The translations under genes were made by a program, and so were the position numbers. A stretch of DNA of 64,000 bases, taken from contig NW_024055446.1 of assembly GCF_902713615.1 (NCBI RefSeq), forward strand, positions 62,001 through 126,000, in the 5' to 3' direction. Below the pieces are notes generated by a model. It was not told where the DNA came from. It saw nothing but the letters and a program-made list of their open reading frames with translations, and did no database searches. Position 1 is the first letter of the stretch. The number at the start of each line of letters is the position of its first letter. Of the stretch, positions 61,307 to 64,000 are shown in pieces. The stretch comes from Scyliorhinus canicula. Taxonomy: Eukaryota.

Positions 61307-62439
61307 AGTTCCAGCTGGAAACAGCTCTTTCCTGGGATTCCTGGTCACGATGATGAAAGTGGACAAAAGGCGGATCAATCCGGGTCTGATTTCCAGACTG
61401 GGACTTGCTGCCCCTCAATGTGAGACTGAGGGGCCACATTGTCACCGATTGGACTATTATGGGATGTCATTACCTGGCGTTACTCACGGTGCCACTGAGC
61501 GATTGGCTGTTTCTCAATCCATAGACCACTTGAACCGTCACTGATTCCAAACCTCTCTGCTTCCTGTGTGTAACACCAGGTTACAATGATTCAGATAGTC
61601 AGTGCTCTGTTTCCTGTCTGACTGAGCAGAGCCATTGATTATCTTACAATCATAGTGTTTTAGAGCCCAAAGAGAGGAAATTCGGTCCATTATTTTGTAT
61701 TGTCTCGCTTACCTGCTCACTGCTCAAGTGACTGAGAACAAACAGTGAGGGAGTGACATGAACGCTCATGAATCATAGAGATTTAGGGAACGGAATGAGC
61801 AATTATCTGCTTGTTCCATAGATTTCATCATTTTTAAAATTCTAGTTACTGGTCCGATATTTATCCACTTCTTTCTTAAACTGATTGATGGATTCTGTTC
61901 CCGGCAACGTTTCTCGTGCACTTGCTGCAGTTGCTGAAGTCTCTGCTCAGGATTATTGTATTTCATCCCTGCTTCATCTTTCCCAATCCCTCCCACACTC
62001 TGTCTGTGAGGTTAATACCAAACGAAAGAAGAGTAACGGAACCATCCATATGTTTGAACAGCATTCCCAACAGCGATGTGTACATATTTACACTTGCTGT
62101 ATCTTTTCTAATATCTGCGTCGTTGTTGATAAATCCTGGATCCTTTAACTCTGTAACATCATCAGCATCGTGTTCCCAAATTTTCGCATTCGATCCCTGA
62201 ATTCTTTGTCCTCTTTGACTCATGTAAATTATATTTACTTCTGAGTTCCCATCTCATTCCATCTACTTTATATGTTTATATGATAGAATCAGACACAGCA
62301 TTTGTGGTTGCACTTTAGATCAACAACTAATGTTCTTCCGTGTTTATTCAATGCAGGAAATGATCTGCTGACTCAGCCATACAGATTCCTGCACCACTGC
62401 ATTGTTTACAGAAGTAGTGATAGGAAGGGGCCAGAGGCA

Positions 62440-62780
62440 GCGATGCATCCACCAGCACAATCGGTTTATATCGAGAGCAACAAACGGAAGCTGTGGTCGT
62501 GGACACCGCAGACTCTAAACTGATCAAACTGTGCGGCGGATCAACTGCTGGAGCGGAAATAGCGACGGTTCAATCTCCAGAGGTCTGTGACCATCCTGCA
62601 CCTGCTGACTGCTCAAGTGACTGAGAACAAACAGTGAGGGAGTGACATGAACGCTCATGAATCATATAGATTTAGGGAACGGAATGAGGATTCAGTTTTC
62701 CTGTGTCTATTTGAAAACGCTGTCCCAATCGCCTTTCACACCTCACATTAGCCATGATGCTTCCCTTCACAATTCTCCTT
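62440..62780 (-). promoter_or_regulatory. Further copy of the V5/V6-family upstream module (partial duplicate at 61712-61800)
   Basis: 21-mer at 62550-62570; flanks colinear with 44790-45120. Confidence 0.6.
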
Positions 62781-63312
62781 TGAAAGTTTCCGTTGAATCT
62801 TGGTGGAAGTACGGATGTAAACATATCGCAACACAGTAAATAAAATTCATCATACTAAATAAAATTCATCTCTCACTGTCTAATTTTTCATGTAATCGGG
62901 AAGATTTTGTTGCTGCTTTTAGAAACAATTACTAGTGATATATACCACCAAAATCAATATTTTTAGCACATCAATTGAGTGTCCCTTCTAATCATTCTCT
63001 GGTTCGATGCGGACCTCACTCTGTGGCCAGGGAAGCCAAGGCCTTTTCCCATTTAATCTCTCCTGACTTGCCCCCTTTCAGAGCCCTTTCCTGTTGTTCT
63101 GTTTCTTCCCTCCGGGAGTTCACTTGGTTAAGACGTCCTACATTTCTAACCTGTCCCGGTTTTAATGAAAGGTGATGGTGAAAGACCCACTTTGTTGTCC
63201 TGTCGAGAAATGCCGCCTGACTCCCTGAGTTGTTCCAGTATTTTCCACCTTCTCCGCAGATGTTAGATCGACTTTCGATGGCAATGACAGTATGCTGCGG
63301 TTACTTTCGAGG

Positions 63313-63400
63313 GGTTCGTTGATCTACGGCTATGATTCTCGCTTTGGGTGTCTCGCTGTAGGAATTTGCGAGAGGTCCCGGGTTAATCCCGGACGAGCTC
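63313..63400 (+). pseudogene. tRNA-Pro(TGG)-derived sequence with an 18-nt insertion after position 37
   Basis: GGTTCGTTGATCTACGGCTATGATTCTCGCTTTGGG[TGTCTCGCTGTAGGAATT]TGCGAGAGGTCCCGGGTTAATCCCGGACGAGCTC. Confidence 0.85.
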
Positions 63401-64000
63401 TTTGATGAGGGTTTCCGTTGGTCAAGCAACATGTTTTCTTCATTTCTTTGCGGCGTAGACGGCGGGATTCATTCACATTGGGTTTGCTTTGAGAAGATGA
63501 GCTCAAACTGCAGGAAACCAATACGTTCCCGAGAAAATCGAAACATTTTCGAAAAGCTTGTCTATGAGTGGACATTCACTTATCTCTATTGACTAATTCT
63601 GGTGGATTCAGGCAGCTCTCTGTCTGTTCCATTTCATTCATTCGGGGATGTGAACACCCCTAGCTGCTCCAGCATTTATTGCCCACAGCTATTTGCTATT
63701 GGGACGGTGATGGTGAATTGCCTTCTTGAATCGCTAGTCTATTTTTACCCAATATTAATTTTGACAGTGAAACGTTCCCAATTCCCCATTTACATTCACG
63801 TATTTATTTATTATGTATGTCTTCATTCGACCCTGGCCTGCTGCAATGTTCCACAGAAACCCAGCAGAAACTGGGGGACTAGCTCCTCATCCTCTGATTA
63901 GGCATGTTACAGCCTTCCCGACTTAACATTCAGTTTAACAACCTCAGACTGTGAACTCTCTCTACCCCCTTAACCACCTGTTTATTTCCATCAACTTATT

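Noticed and set aside
61963-62223. Minus-strand ORF with faint V-like strands (DIRKDTASVN) downstream of the 62550 module
   Set aside because: Lacks both cysteines, the WY motif and an RSS; it may be a relic, but I cannot support it without a profile search

Overview
Vertebrate genomic DNA, almost certainly from a cartilaginous fish. The SINE/LINE repertoire is shark-like; a catshark is my inference. There is an assembly gap at 28409-29196. The first ~36 kb is mostly repeats: a ~5 kb unit duplicated head-to-tail, whose second copy was expanded by a near-intact CR1 LINE, a second CR1 and an L1, with a foldback DNA element nested in the L1; plus SINEs, degenerate satellites and tRNA-Asn pseudogenes. 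From ~37 kb to the end is a T-cell receptor alpha/delta-type V-segment cluster: seven open V segments with leaders and RSSs and about eight pseudogenes or remnants, in both orientations. I found no D, J or C segments. The most unusual observations are: an intronless leader-V gene with a perfect 23-RSS and native-looking promoter; an intact V with an 18-bp RSS spacer; an open V lacking Cys23 and Trp41; CTCF-consensus motifs co-oriented with neighbouring V genes; a mammalian-type CRE decamer in V promoters; and interspersed tRNA pseudogenes, one with an 18-nt insert at the canonical intron position. All alignments and counts were done by eye, with no database searches.
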